This document shows positions 48,679 through 58,150 of a stretch of DNA of 64,000 nucleotides, one piece after another. The stretch lies in IMG/VR virus record IMGVR_UViG_3300010346_001536; one strand, 5' to 3'. The DNA comes from a virus. Taxonomy: Duplodnaviria; Caudoviricetes. The notes beneath the pieces are model-generated. The model was not told where the DNA came from, ran no database searches, and saw only the letters and a program-made list of their open reading frames with translations. Every line of letters starts with the position of its first letter. The stretch's first letter is position 1. The translations under genes and the position numbers were made by a program.

Positions 48679-49698
48679 ATGAGCGACTATAAAAAATATT
48701 TCATTCGACAATTGGGACTAAAAAAATCTCAATCTTCCCCTGTAATCTTAGAAAATTTATTTCCGGGCATAGACCCCGACGAATACAAAGATAAAAACAG
48801 TGAACAAGAGAAAAAGATGTCTCCAACTGTAATTTCACCCCCGGTTCTTGCAGTAGGAGTGCGCGGTAGTAGTACTGGTGGATTGCCTTCCGGAAAAGAC
48901 CAAATGGGCGATATTAGTCCTACAAAAGTTGGCGGATATAATAGGGCTGAACCTCAGAATTTAAATCAAATTACATTTGATAAAACACCTTTAAACCCGG
49001 AAATAGAAAAAGATTCAACTCCTGTAAATCCTATGCCTAAAATAGAACAAGGAGTAACCCATCCGCATCAAATTCAATTAACGGCTCATGAAAAACCCCA
49101 ATTGGCAACGGGAGCTTCGACGGATAGTGACGATACACTTACATTAAAATCCAATAAACCCAAGGGTATTGATGTTGATGTTGATGAGACTAAAGTTTCT
49201 TCAGAAGAAGAAAGAGTTGCTAATAAAAGAATCTCTATGCTTCCTGCGACTTCTTTATCAGAATCATTTAAACTTTATAAAGATTTAATGAAAAAGTCTA
49301 TGGGAAAACGCAAACAGACGGATGAATGTAATACTTGTGGTTGTAAAAACCCAAATGATATGCATGGATTCCATAAACAATCCGCGAAAGAAAATTCAAC
49401 TGAAGAAAAAGATGTTTTGGCTGATGAAGAAGAGTCTTTATTAAAGGAAGGAAAACATAAAGAAAATTGTCAATGTGGATTTTGTAAGAATAAAGGAAAA
49501 TTTGGAAAAAATAAATTAAAAGATAAAAATATAAAAAATAAAACAGAGAATAAAGAAGAAAAAAATCAAGTAGAAAAATCGAAATCTCTTGATGAAAAAT
49601 ATTCATCGCCATTTCAACGTATGCGTAGTCTTGCTGGTATAGGTGATAAAATTCTTATGTCTAATGGATTATTTAAAGACAAAGAAAATCTGAGCTAA
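48679..49698 (+). CDS. hypothetical low-complexity protein (probable late gene)
   Basis: 339 aa ORF with small Cys motifs (CNTCGC, CQCGFC); ATATTTATA upstream. Confidence 0.6.
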   Translation: MSDYKKYFIRQLGLKKSQSSPVILENLFPGIDPDEYKDKNSEQEKKMSPTVISPPVLAVGVRGSSTGGLPSGKDQMGDISPTKVGGYNRAEPQNLNQITFDKTPLNPEIEKDSTPVNPMPKIEQGVTHPHQIQLTAHEKPQLATGASTDSDDTLTLKSNKPKGIDVDVDETKVSSEEERVANKRISMLPATSLSESFKLYKDLMKKSMGKRKQTDECNTCGCKNPNDMHGFHKQSAKENSTEEKDVLADEEESLLKEGKHKENCQCGFCKNKGKFGKNKLKDKNIKNKTENKEEKNQVEKSKSLDEKYSSPFQRMRSLAGIGDKILMSNGLFKDKENLS

Positions 49699-49748
49699 GA
49701 TAAAATTTCCGACCGACCGGGATGAAATAAGATAATAATATAAAATAT

Positions 49749-50285
49749 ATGAATTTCTTTCAAGAAAGACGAAATTCTAAAGAAAAAGATAAATCTGTAA
49801 ATTCTATAGATATAGAAGGTCGGCCCGACCTTATGTCACCCGAATTTAAAAAGAGATTAGCTTCTTTAACTCGTTATCTTGCAAAACATCTTCAACTTAA
49901 AAAATTACCATCTTCTCTTAAATTAGTAAATAGTAAACAAAATGCGGATAATCCATATGGTCTTACGGGTCATTATGACCATACGACAAAAAAAATTACT
50001 GTTTATATTACTGACCGCCATGAAACTGATATTTTACGAACATTCTCCCATGAAATGATACATCATTGGCAAAATGAGCGGGGAGTACTTCATCCCGAGG
50101 ATGATGGGTTTAATATACAAGGTAATAATGATGCCATTCCTCATTATGCTCAAAATAATCCGTGGCTTCGAAAAAGAGAAATGGAAGCGTATCTTTTTGG
50201 ATGTATTCTTTTTAGAGATTGGCAAGACGAACAAAGAATGGGACCTCCTTCTCAACATCCATTTTTACCTCGACCCTATGATTAA
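49749..50285 (+). CDS. HExxH zinc metallopeptidase-like protein
   Basis: TGHYD...DILRTFSHEMIHHWQ...EMEAY. Confidence 0.7.
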   Translation: MNFFQERRNSKEKDKSVNSIDIEGRPDLMSPEFKKRLASLTRYLAKHLQLKKLPSSLKLVNSKQNADNPYGLTGHYDHTTKKITVYITDRHETDILRTFSHEMIHHWQNERGVLHPEDDGFNIQGNNDAIPHYAQNNPWLRKREMEAYLFGCILFRDWQDEQRMGPPSQHPFLPRPYD

Positions 50286-50294
50286 AATAGTAAT

Positions 50295-50726
50295 ATGATT
50301 GAAGAGTTTCCAAGTATTCCAAATTTTGAGGAGTTGCTTAAAAAAAGAATAGCACAAAAAACGGATTCAAATACATCTTTGCCTCCGCCGGGGACGGTGG
50401 ACCCCTATAAGATTATGCTTCAACGAAAAAAAGAGGCAAGCGGCGAAGTATCTATGCCGGACCCTTCTACTATACAAAAATGGCCCGAAGAAGATGTAAA
50501 AGAGCTAGAAGATTTTTGTAAACGAAATGGAATAGTTGGAGTTTCTACTCGTATAAATCCAAAAATAGCTCTTATGCAATTAAAACGGCAAATAGGCGAT
50601 TACAGTGGAGTTGCATTAGAAGACCGTGTACCAGAAGGTTATCAAAAAATTAATGCTCAAAACAAATATAATGTAAATTATCCTTATTTTCAAGAAAAAT
50701 CTAAAAAACAAATATTGCACGGATAG
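50295..50726 (+). CDS. hypothetical protein
   Basis: 143 aa ORF. Confidence 0.6.
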   Translation: MIEEFPSIPNFEELLKKRIAQKTDSNTSLPPPGTVDPYKIMLQRKKEASGEVSMPDPSTIQKWPEEDVKELEDFCKRNGIVGVSTRINPKIALMQLKRQIGDYSGVALEDRVPEGYQKINAQNKYNVNYPYFQEKSKKQILHG

Positions 50727-50819
50727 ATTTTATATTTTAATAATTAATATTTAAAATAAAATTAATTATAATGTGGAAAAAGTAAGCTCTATGTAAATAA
50801 ATAGATATTTATAAATAAT

Positions 50820-51431
50820 ATGACTATAATAGAACAAAAGCCACAATTTGGTGTCAATTATGACATTGGATTTGATGGATTTACATCACGACAGAAGGAC
50901 TTTTTAGCAGCTGGTATTAATTGGTTTGCTCATTGGGATGTAATACCCGGAGTTCCTCCTGTAAGTCATACTTTTAAAATAGTAGGTGAAGATACAACGA
51001 TAGAAGCTTTTGGTGATGGTGTTCGTTATGGGAAATTAAGTAATTATTTGAATGACCCAACATGTGCTTTAATTGTTAGAAAGCCGGCAGGATGGACGCC
51101 TGAACTTGGTCTTCGAATGGCAAAGGAGGCAGAGAAACATTTAGGAGAAAAATATAATTGGTTTCTTATAGCCGCATTAGCCATAAGTAATAGTTATTTG
51201 GGTAAATGGATTGATAAAAAATTAAAAGGTAAATTTTCTAATTGGCTCACTGATTGGGCCGATAATGCTAAATCAAATATTTGCTCTTCATTAATAGCAA
51301 GAGTAAATGGTGCAATGCCCGAATATGAAGGAAAATCAGTATTGGCAAATCCTCCTTATAAAATAATGCCTATTATGTTATGTGGAGACCCAATACTTTA
51401 TGAATATGGTGCAATTGAATTAATACCATAA
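50820..51431 (+). CDS. second permuted papain-like NlpC/P60 enzyme (YiiX/YebB-like)
   Basis: SHTF (His), IEA, GEKYN, ICSSL (Cys). Confidence 0.65.
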   Translation: MTIIEQKPQFGVNYDIGFDGFTSRQKDFLAAGINWFAHWDVIPGVPPVSHTFKIVGEDTTIEAFGDGVRYGKLSNYLNDPTCALIVRKPAGWTPELGLRMAKEAEKHLGEKYNWFLIAALAISNSYLGKWIDKKLKGKFSNWLTDWADNAKSNICSSLIARVNGAMPEYEGKSVLANPPYKIMPIMLCGDPILYEYGAIELIP

Positions 51432-51442
51432 GAAATAATAAT

Positions 51443-52528
51443 ATGAAAATTAAAAAATCTCTACTTAAAGAATCTGTTAAAAATATTGTGCGACAATGTT
51501 TGTTTGAACGTTCATTAAAAGAACATTATAAACAAATTCGTGAAGAAGCTAAAAAAAATAATTTGCGAGAATATTTAGATAATCTTATTCGTCATGTACT
51601 TCAAAATGCACCTGCTATTGCAAATGACCCTCTTAAAGTAGCTAAAGTTGTTGCTGAAATGTTTGAAAAACAATCTAAGAAAAAGATTGACCCAGAGAAA
51701 CTGCTTCCTTTTGTTAAATATAACATGGGAGATTCAGGAGAAACGTCTAAAAATGCAATAAACGAAGCCAAAAAGAGAAAAAAGGATAAAAAAAAGAATG
51801 AAGAAGAATATAATTATGATGAAAATGAAGAAATTGAGCTTATTAATTTAATGGCCCATATTTCTAAAAAACTTCAAGATATGCATGGCAAAAAATATAA
51901 GCAAGGGTCACCCAAAGGATTTGAAGTTGTAATGGCCGGGGGAACAGAATTTCCGGGAGGATTTCCTTTTGGGAGAGGGGAGGAATTTTTATCACCGTTT
52001 ATAAATGAAGCCAATAAAAGAAGAGGAGCCCAGTATAAAAAACAATCTCCGCGACAAGCACGAATTCAAAAAGATGACCATGCGAGAGAGGTACAAGTGG
52101 ACCCGGAATTAACAGAGATTAATGATAAAGAAAATAAAGAAGAAATAGTTTATTATGTTCCAAAAAAGGGATTTGGTGTTAATGAAAAAGTAAATGGTCG
52201 AGCGTTTAAAACTCCTCCGAGTTATACGGGATATCAAGAAGTGCCAATATCTGAATTGCCCATAGGAACAGAAATTTTTAATTCGCCTTCTGATGTAGGA
52301 ATCGGTCAGCATCCGTCAGCTGATAGAAATTATCCCTATGGAAAGGTTATTTTTAAAAGAGTTACTAAACATGGAATAGAGACAATTCGGCCTGGTCAAA
52401 AGAAAGAGACGGGGAATATGAAAGAAAATCATCGTGTTCAAACCCGGTCTTATGTTACGGTTAATGATAATCCAAATGACCCCAATGTAATGCGAGACCC
52501 CGAAAATCCATATTCGAATGGGGCATAG
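51443..52528 (+). CDS. hypothetical protein (probably structural/late)
   Basis: 361 aa ORF with MKIKKSLLKE start and repeated LKE/INE motifs. Confidence 0.6.
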   Translation: MKIKKSLLKESVKNIVRQCLFERSLKEHYKQIREEAKKNNLREYLDNLIRHVLQNAPAIANDPLKVAKVVAEMFEKQSKKKIDPEKLLPFVKYNMGDSGETSKNAINEAKKRKKDKKKNEEEYNYDENEEIELINLMAHISKKLQDMHGKKYKQGSPKGFEVVMAGGTEFPGGFPFGRGEEFLSPFINEANKRRGAQYKKQSPRQARIQKDDHAREVQVDPELTEINDKENKEEIVYYVPKKGFGVNEKVNGRAFKTPPSYTGYQEVPISELPIGTEIFNSPSDVGIGQHPSADRNYPYGKVIFKRVTKHGIETIRPGQKKETGNMKENHRVQTRSYVTVNDNPNDPNVMRDPENPYSNGA

Positions 52529-52541
52529 GATTTAAAATAAA

Positions 52542-52581
52542 TTGCTAAAAATATTAATTTATGCCATATTGGTTGGCATAA
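52542..52581 (+). promoter_or_regulatory. sigma70-type promoter overlapped by an inverted repeat
   Basis: TTGCTA-17 nt-CATATT; TTATGCCA-7 nt-TGGCATAA spans the -10 box. Confidence 0.45.
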
Positions 52582-52585
52582 TCAA

Positions 52586-52912
52586 ATGTTATATGCATTC
52601 AAAAAAGATATGAGTACAATATTTTATGTTAAAGATACGACGTTGCCCGAGCAAAAAATAGTTAAATTTCAAACTTATGTTGGATTGGTTGATTATTTAG
52701 AAAATATGAGTAAAAGAAAATATAATCAATCTAAAACAGAACGAGCTCGGCTTTTAGAAGAAATTGGATATGGTGCCGATGACCGTTATTCTACATTGTT
52801 TGTTCGTTCAATGCAAGAAGAGTTTGAAATAGGAGTTGCCCGAGATGGGTGTCTTATTCAATGTGACGTTCCTTCTCTGGTTGCATATCAAAAACCAGAA
52901 TATGGGGATTAA
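52586..52912 (+). CDS. hypothetical protein
   Basis: 108 aa ORF. Confidence 0.55.
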   Translation: MLYAFKKDMSTIFYVKDTTLPEQKIVKFQTYVGLVDYLENMSKRKYNQSKTERARLLEEIGYGADDRYSTLFVRSMQEEFEIGVARDGCLIQCDVPSLVAYQKPEYGD

Positions 52913-52917
52913 AATAA

Positions 52918-54561
52918 GTGTTTTCTAATAAAGTTATGTTAGATATTCGGTGGAGTTCTCCATATACTATAAAAGAGGGGTTTAAAATTAAGTGGCGTAG
53001 AGAATGGTGTATTCCACCTTCAATGCTTAATGGATTTTTTGGGTTTTGGAGAGCCAATAAATTCAAAATGTTAGCCGAAGGATTTACGGTTGTTAAAAGT
53101 AAAACGACAGGCAAATGGTATTTATATGAAACTAAAGATAATATTTCTTTATTTCATATATTTCAAGATATTGCTTCTAAGCCTGTGGATAATTTTGTTC
53201 TTCCTTCTTATACTATAAAAGATTCAAGTGGATTACGTTCATGGCAAATAGGAGCCGCCGGCAAACTATGTGCTGCTATTAATCATTGGGGAGCGGCCAT
53301 AGATGGCTCAGACATGGGAACCGGTAAAACCTACACTGCTTGTGCTGTAGCCCGCGAGCTAAATTTAAATCTTTGTGTTATTTGTCCAAAGTCTGTTATT
53401 AAATCATGGAATAATGTTGTTAAAAAGCATTTTAATATGGGAGATAAGTTAGTTGGTGTAACTAACTATGAAAAATTACGTCTTGGCCGCCGAGATTCAA
53501 ATATTGCTTCTTTTGTTTTGCATCGACATAAAAAAAGACCAGATTTTGAATGGAAAATACCTAAGAAAACTTTAATTGTATGGGATGAATCCCAAAAACT
53601 TAAAAATTGGAAAACTAAAAATGCTAAGACTTGTGTTGCTGCTATTAAAGCTGGATATCCAATGTTATTTTGTTCGGCAACAAATGCCACTAATCCTTTA
53701 GAAATGAGAACTGTAGGAACAGCTCTTAAGCTTTTTGAAGGCAATAAATCTTATTATTCGTGGGCTTATGAAAATGGTGTATATAAAGGCCAGTGGGGAC
53801 TTAAATTTAATAATAATCCTAAGATATTAAAACGATTACACCAACAAATATTTGTACAACGAGGGGTACGTCTTTGTAGAGATGAAATACCTAATTTTCC
53901 AAAATGTGAAATTACATCGGATGTGTATAACATGGAAAATGAAGATGCATATAAGATTAATGAAATTTATGCCGAAATGGAAAAAGAATTGGATAAGTTA
54001 GATAAGACATCTAAAAATGATATTGCTATTGAGACTGTAATACAGCTTCGTATGCGTCAAAAAATAGAATTGGTAAAAGTGCCTCTTTTTGTTGAAATGG
54101 TGGAAGAAGGAATTGAAAATGGGATGTCAGTGGTTGTATTTGTTAATTTTACTGATACTCTTAATGCTATTGCAACTCGTTTGAATACTACTTGTATTTT
54201 TGATGGCAAAACACCCGATAAAGTCCGGGATAAAAATGTTGCTTTATTTCAAGAAGATAAAGAACGAGTTATATTAGTTAATATTCAATCAGGAGGAGCA
54301 GGACTTAGTTTACATGATTTAAATGGTAGATTTCCCAGAATGAGTATTATTTCGCCTACTTGGTCTCCTGTATTTATGAGACAAACTCTTGGTCGTATTT
54401 GGCGAGATGATGCAAAAACAAAATGTATTCAGAGGATTGTATGTGTTGCTAATACAGTCGAAGAAAATGTAAGTCGCAATGTACAACAGAAACTTGATAA
54501 TTTAGATATGTTAAATGATGGAGACCTTCAATATAAAAGTTTTATAATGGAGGAAGAATAA
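52918..54561 (+). CDS. SNF2-like superfamily 2 helicase/ATPase
   Basis: DMGTGKT, ICPKS, WDESQK, SAT, GGAGLSL, QTLGRIWR. Confidence 0.88.
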   Translation: MFSNKVMLDIRWSSPYTIKEGFKIKWRREWCIPPSMLNGFFGFWRANKFKMLAEGFTVVKSKTTGKWYLYETKDNISLFHIFQDIASKPVDNFVLPSYTIKDSSGLRSWQIGAAGKLCAAINHWGAAIDGSDMGTGKTYTACAVARELNLNLCVICPKSVIKSWNNVVKKHFNMGDKLVGVTNYEKLRLGRRDSNIASFVLHRHKKRPDFEWKIPKKTLIVWDESQKLKNWKTKNAKTCVAAIKAGYPMLFCSATNATNPLEMRTVGTALKLFEGNKSYYSWAYENGVYKGQWGLKFNNNPKILKRLHQQIFVQRGVRLCRDEIPNFPKCEITSDVYNMENEDAYKINEIYAEMEKELDKLDKTSKNDIAIETVIQLRMRQKIELVKVPLFVEMVEEGIENGMSVVVFVNFTDTLNAIATRLNTTCIFDGKTPDKVRDKNVALFQEDKERVILVNIQSGGAGLSLHDLNGRFPRMSIISPTWSPVFMRQTLGRIWRDDAKTKCIQRIVCVANTVEENVSRNVQQKLDNLDMLNDGDLQYKSFIMEEE

Positions 54562-54631
54562 ATTTGAGATATTTATTGATAGAGAGTTTGTAAATGTGGA
54601 TTAAAGAAATTCGTAAAAGGAAGAAAAGTTT

Positions 54632-54988
54632 ATGGAAAAAATTATGAATTCTTCATTGATGAAAACAATAGTAGTACAATTATCAGAAGATAATTTTCAA
54701 GAATTTGATATTGATACTAGTATATTTGAAGACCCTTTTTTGGAAGCTGCGACTCGAGCTATAGAAAGTATTAAAAAACAAAAACACGGTATGATACTTG
54801 CCGTAATTAATTGTTGGGAAAAGGATGTTCCTCAAAATTTAGTTATGTATAATTCGTATTGGGTTCTTGTTAATGCAGCTTGTTATAAAAAAGCAGAGCT
54901 TTTAAGAGAAAAATTTAAGTTACAGACGGATTGTGATTTAGCAAAGGAACCTAAAAGTGGAACCAAAAAGTATAGACGAAAAAAATAA
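54632..54988 (+). CDS. hypothetical protein
   Basis: 118 aa ORF. Confidence 0.55.
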   Translation: MEKIMNSSLMKTIVVQLSEDNFQEFDIDTSIFEDPFLEAATRAIESIKKQKHGMILAVINCWEKDVPQNLVMYNSYWVLVNAACYKKAELLREKFKLQTDCDLAKEPKSGTKKYRRKK

Positions 54989-55700
54989 TACCGGGTCGTT
55001 AACAGATATTAATTTACATACGGCGCGTGGAGATGAACGGCTGATGGGGGTCTTATTTAAAGAAATGCAAAAGCTTAAGGAAAAAATTCATGAGCTTGAA
55101 ACTAAAAAAATTTTAGATGAAACATCTCTTTCTCCCGAAATATTATCTTCTAATGGATTATTACCAGAACCCCCGAGTATAATAAAACGAGGACGTGCTT
55201 GGCGGCCTATACTTCGTTCTGAAATTGAAGAAGCATTAAAAGTATCTCCTTTTTGCTCGGACCAAGCCAGACATTTAGGAGTGGCAATATCTACTTATCG
55301 GAAATATGCTAAACAACATGGATTATGGAATCCTCAGCCCCATCATAAAGGATGCCGTAAAGCACCGTGGAGTCCCGAAAAAGGTAAATATCCATTAAGT
55401 AAAATTCTTCAAGGAGAATTTAATGGTCATAAAAATCTTCGTGAATGGGTAGTTCGTAATAAGTTACTTAAAGCTAAAATTTTTCCGGAAGAATGTTCTC
55501 ATTGTGGATATAATGAAAGACACATTATTAGCAAACGAGTTCCTCTTTTAATTGACCATTTAAACGGAGATGGTTTAGATTGGAAACTTGAAAACATTCG
55601 TTTTCTTTGCTGGAATTGTACAGTTCAAGTTGGACGAGGGTATATGACCCGGGGCATCAAAAAATTTGACCCGAATTTTTTACAAAAAGCTCCTTGGTAA
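54957..55700 (+). CDS. HTH plus HNH-like zinc-finger protein
   Basis: QARHLGVAISTYRKYA helix-turn-helix; CSHCG...IDHLNGD...ENIRFLCWNC. Confidence 0.7.
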   Translation: MEPKSIDEKNNTGSLTDINLHTARGDERLMGVLFKEMQKLKEKIHELETKKILDETSLSPEILSSNGLLPEPPSIIKRGRAWRPILRSEIEEALKVSPFCSDQARHLGVAISTYRKYAKQHGLWNPQPHHKGCRKAPWSPEKGKYPLSKILQGEFNGHKNLREWVVRNKLLKAKIFPEECSHCGYNERHIISKRVPLLIDHLNGDGLDWKLENIRFLCWNCTVQVGRGYMTRGIKKFDPNFLQKAPW

Positions 55701-55716
55701 AAATATTTATGGGTAT

Positions 55717-56166
55717 ATGTTAAATCCAATTCATATTTTAAATCAAATGGGAGTTATTACTTCTTTTTCAGTAGCAAAAAAAGTTAAAGCCGAAGATATA
55801 GAATCTTTTTTTAAAAAAGGAAAAAAATATGGAAAAACTATAGATGAAATGAATGAGATACTTCGAAATAAAGTTCTCAAAGATATTGAAGAATCAATTT
55901 TTTTACAAAAAATTCCAGGTCTCGTCTCTCCTGAAGAAATTGCTAAAAATATGGGAATACAAAAAAATATTATTGATAATATGCCCGTATTAAATAAATT
56001 AGCTATGGTTCTTAATTTTAAATTGTCTGAAAAAAAATTTGATAAAATGTCTCTTTGTTACTTTATTAATAGTCTTGTTAATATGTTAGGTTTAACGGAA
56101 GAAGATTTTGAAAATTTCCATAAACAAAATACTTCTTCAGAAGAAGCGGATGAAGATGAAGATTAA
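55717..56166 (+). CDS. hypothetical protein
   Basis: Start reassigned to ATG 55717 after ATATTTAT; acidic tail. Confidence 0.55.
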   Translation: MLNPIHILNQMGVITSFSVAKKVKAEDIESFFKKGKKYGKTIDEMNEILRNKVLKDIEESIFLQKIPGLVSPEEIAKNMGIQKNIIDNMPVLNKLAMVLNFKLSEKKFDKMSLCYFINSLVNMLGLTEEDFENFHKQNTSSEEADEDED

Positions 56167-56177
56167 AATAAAATGTT

Positions 56178-57383
56178 ATGAATATAAATGGAGAATGTGA
56201 AGTTATGAAAATATTAAGTATAGAAGAAGCAAAATCTTATGCTATGGGAAAAATCGTTGTTATTGTGACTGGAGTGACTGGTCAAGACGGAAGTTTTATG
56301 TCAGATTATTTACTGAAAAATACTTCTTATGAAATATTTGGAGGAGCTAGAAGATTAAGTGTTTCGAATCATGATAATATAAAACATTTAGAAAATGAAC
56401 CGAGATTTCATCTTATCAATTTTGATTTAACAGATGCACATTCTATTTCACAAATTGTTAGCCAACTTAAACCAGCATACTTTATTAATTTTGCAGCCCA
56501 ATCTTTTGTGAAATCTTCATGGGATTTTCCTGCTCAAACGTGGGATACTAATACTAAGTCTATTATTCATATACTTGAATCCATTCGACTTCATTGTCCA
56601 ACATGTCGATTTTATAACGCTGGAAGTTCTGAGGAATTTGGAGATGTACTTTATAATCCACAGGACGAAAAACACCCGATTCGACCTCGTAGTCCATATG
56701 GTGCTTCAAAAGCTGCAGCTAGACAATTGGTTAAAGTATATCGAGATTCCTATAGTTTATATGCAATTCAAGGATGGCTTTTTAATCACGAAGGTACACG
56801 GCGCGGCGAGGAATTTGTAACTAGGAAAATTACAAAATCTGTGGCTCGTATTGTAAAGGAATTAAAAAAAGGAACCGAAGTTGTCCCCCTCGAACTTGGA
56901 AATTTAGAAGCTAGCCGAGATTGGACAGATGCGGAGGATTGTGTGGAAGCCGTGTGGCGTATGCTTAATCAAGATATTTTTGATACATATATTGCAAATA
57001 TGATTTTAACAGATAATAAAGGAGATTATCTTACTAGTGAAACATATTTAAAGGCTATTATACCATATATTAAAGAATACGTTGTATCTTCTGGAGAAAC
57101 GCACAGTGTAAAAAGATTTGTAGAACTTGCTTTTCAAGTTGCAGGAATTGAAGGACATTGGGAAGGAAGCGGAATTGATGAGAAGTATATTTTGGGTAAA
57201 ATAAATAATTCCGGGCCTATACTTGTAAAAATTAATCCTGCTTTTTATCGTCCGGCAGAGGTGGATTATTTACGCGGAAATCCATCCCGTATTAAAAAAA
57301 GGCTGGGTTGGAGCCCTCAATCGTCTTTTAAACAACTCGTAGTAAAGATGGTTAATAAAGATATTTTAATTAATTCGAAATAA
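56178..57383 (+). CDS. gmd: GDP-mannose 4,6-dehydratase
   Basis: TGVTGQDGS, AAQSFV, SSEEFG, PRSPYGASK, FNHE...RGEEFVTRKIT, LGNL..SRDW, YRPAEV. Confidence 0.93.
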   Translation: MNINGECEVMKILSIEEAKSYAMGKIVVIVTGVTGQDGSFMSDYLLKNTSYEIFGGARRLSVSNHDNIKHLENEPRFHLINFDLTDAHSISQIVSQLKPAYFINFAAQSFVKSSWDFPAQTWDTNTKSIIHILESIRLHCPTCRFYNAGSSEEFGDVLYNPQDEKHPIRPRSPYGASKAAARQLVKVYRDSYSLYAIQGWLFNHEGTRRGEEFVTRKITKSVARIVKELKKGTEVVPLELGNLEASRDWTDAEDCVEAVWRMLNQDIFDTYIANMILTDNKGDYLTSETYLKAIIPYIKEYVVSSGETHSVKRFVELAFQVAGIEGHWEGSGIDEKYILGKINNSGPILVKINPAFYRPAEVDYLRGNPSRIKKRLGWSPQSSFKQLVVKMVNKDILINSK

Positions 57384-57411
57384 AAGAGGACCCCCCCTGC
57401 TACGGGGGGGT
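57382..57411 (-). terminator. hairpin between convergent genes
   Basis: ACCCCCCC-TGCTAC-GGGGGGGT; on the minus strand it is followed by CCTCTTTT. Confidence 0.7.
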
Positions 57412-57415
57412 GTGG

Positions 57416-58051
57416 TTATACCTTGGGCTTCTCCAAGAAGAACTTCCAATCCTGATGTCTTGCTTTACGAATCGTATGAGAAACCAGAATTGTTTTTGGT
57501 TGAGCGGGTTTAAACAACAACTTCAATCCTACTTCGTGATTTAGTTTGTTTCCCTTTTTGTTATTGGTTTCTTTATCCGTTAATACAGTATTATCATACG
57601 TGTCCGTTCCTCCGCGACTAAGAGGAATTACGTGGTCAATGGTAGCTTCCTCAAATTCGAGGTCTTTTCCATTATAGGCATCCGTACCATTATCACGTAT
57701 AAATAACCCCTCTTTAGTGGGCTTTCCGCGAAATTTTTTCACGGGTATTTTGGAGTAATTTTTTGTTACAACAACCGTGGGAACTCGGATATGCATATGG
57801 GCCGAATGTATGCTTAAATCCCAAGGTCGAACAGGTAGTTTTATCCATTCTTCCCATGTAACGGGATTTACATATTCGTATTCATCATTAAAATTAGGAG
57901 TTCCATCTTGATTTACAGAGTAAACAATATCAATGGCTTCGATAACTCCTGTTATCAAATCACAAATTGTTTTGCTTACTAATTCGACCCCTACGGGTCT
58001 CCATAGTTTATTTAACTTGAGTACTATAGCTTTATGTGCAATATCTCTCAT
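57416..58051 (-). CDS. HNH endonuclease
   Basis: TIDHVIPLSRGG...DN...NNKKGN, with an N-terminal VLKLN...VPTVV extension. Confidence 0.85.
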   Translation of the reverse strand: MRDIAHKAIVLKLNKLWRPVGVELVSKTICDLITGVIEAIDIVYSVNQDGTPNFNDEYEYVNPVTWEEWIKLPVRPWDLSIHSAHMHIRVPTVVVTKNYSKIPVKKFRGKPTKEGLFIRDNGTDAYNGKDLEFEEATIDHVIPLSRGGTDTYDNTVLTDKETNNKKGNKLNHEVGLKLLFKPAQPKTILVSHTIRKARHQDWKFFLEKPKV

Positions 58052-58150
58052 AATGCGCGTGAATATACACTATTTTAGCGACTTGTCGAGGAAATTTTAT
58101 AAAAAGTTACAACTTCGACCGAGAGCGTCACCATTTTTAATAAGTATTAA

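Noticed and set aside
54594-54647. 17-codon ORF MWIKEIRKRKKSLWKKL after an ATATTTAT motif
   Set aside because: Too short and overlaps the start of 54632; cannot be told from chance without homologues.
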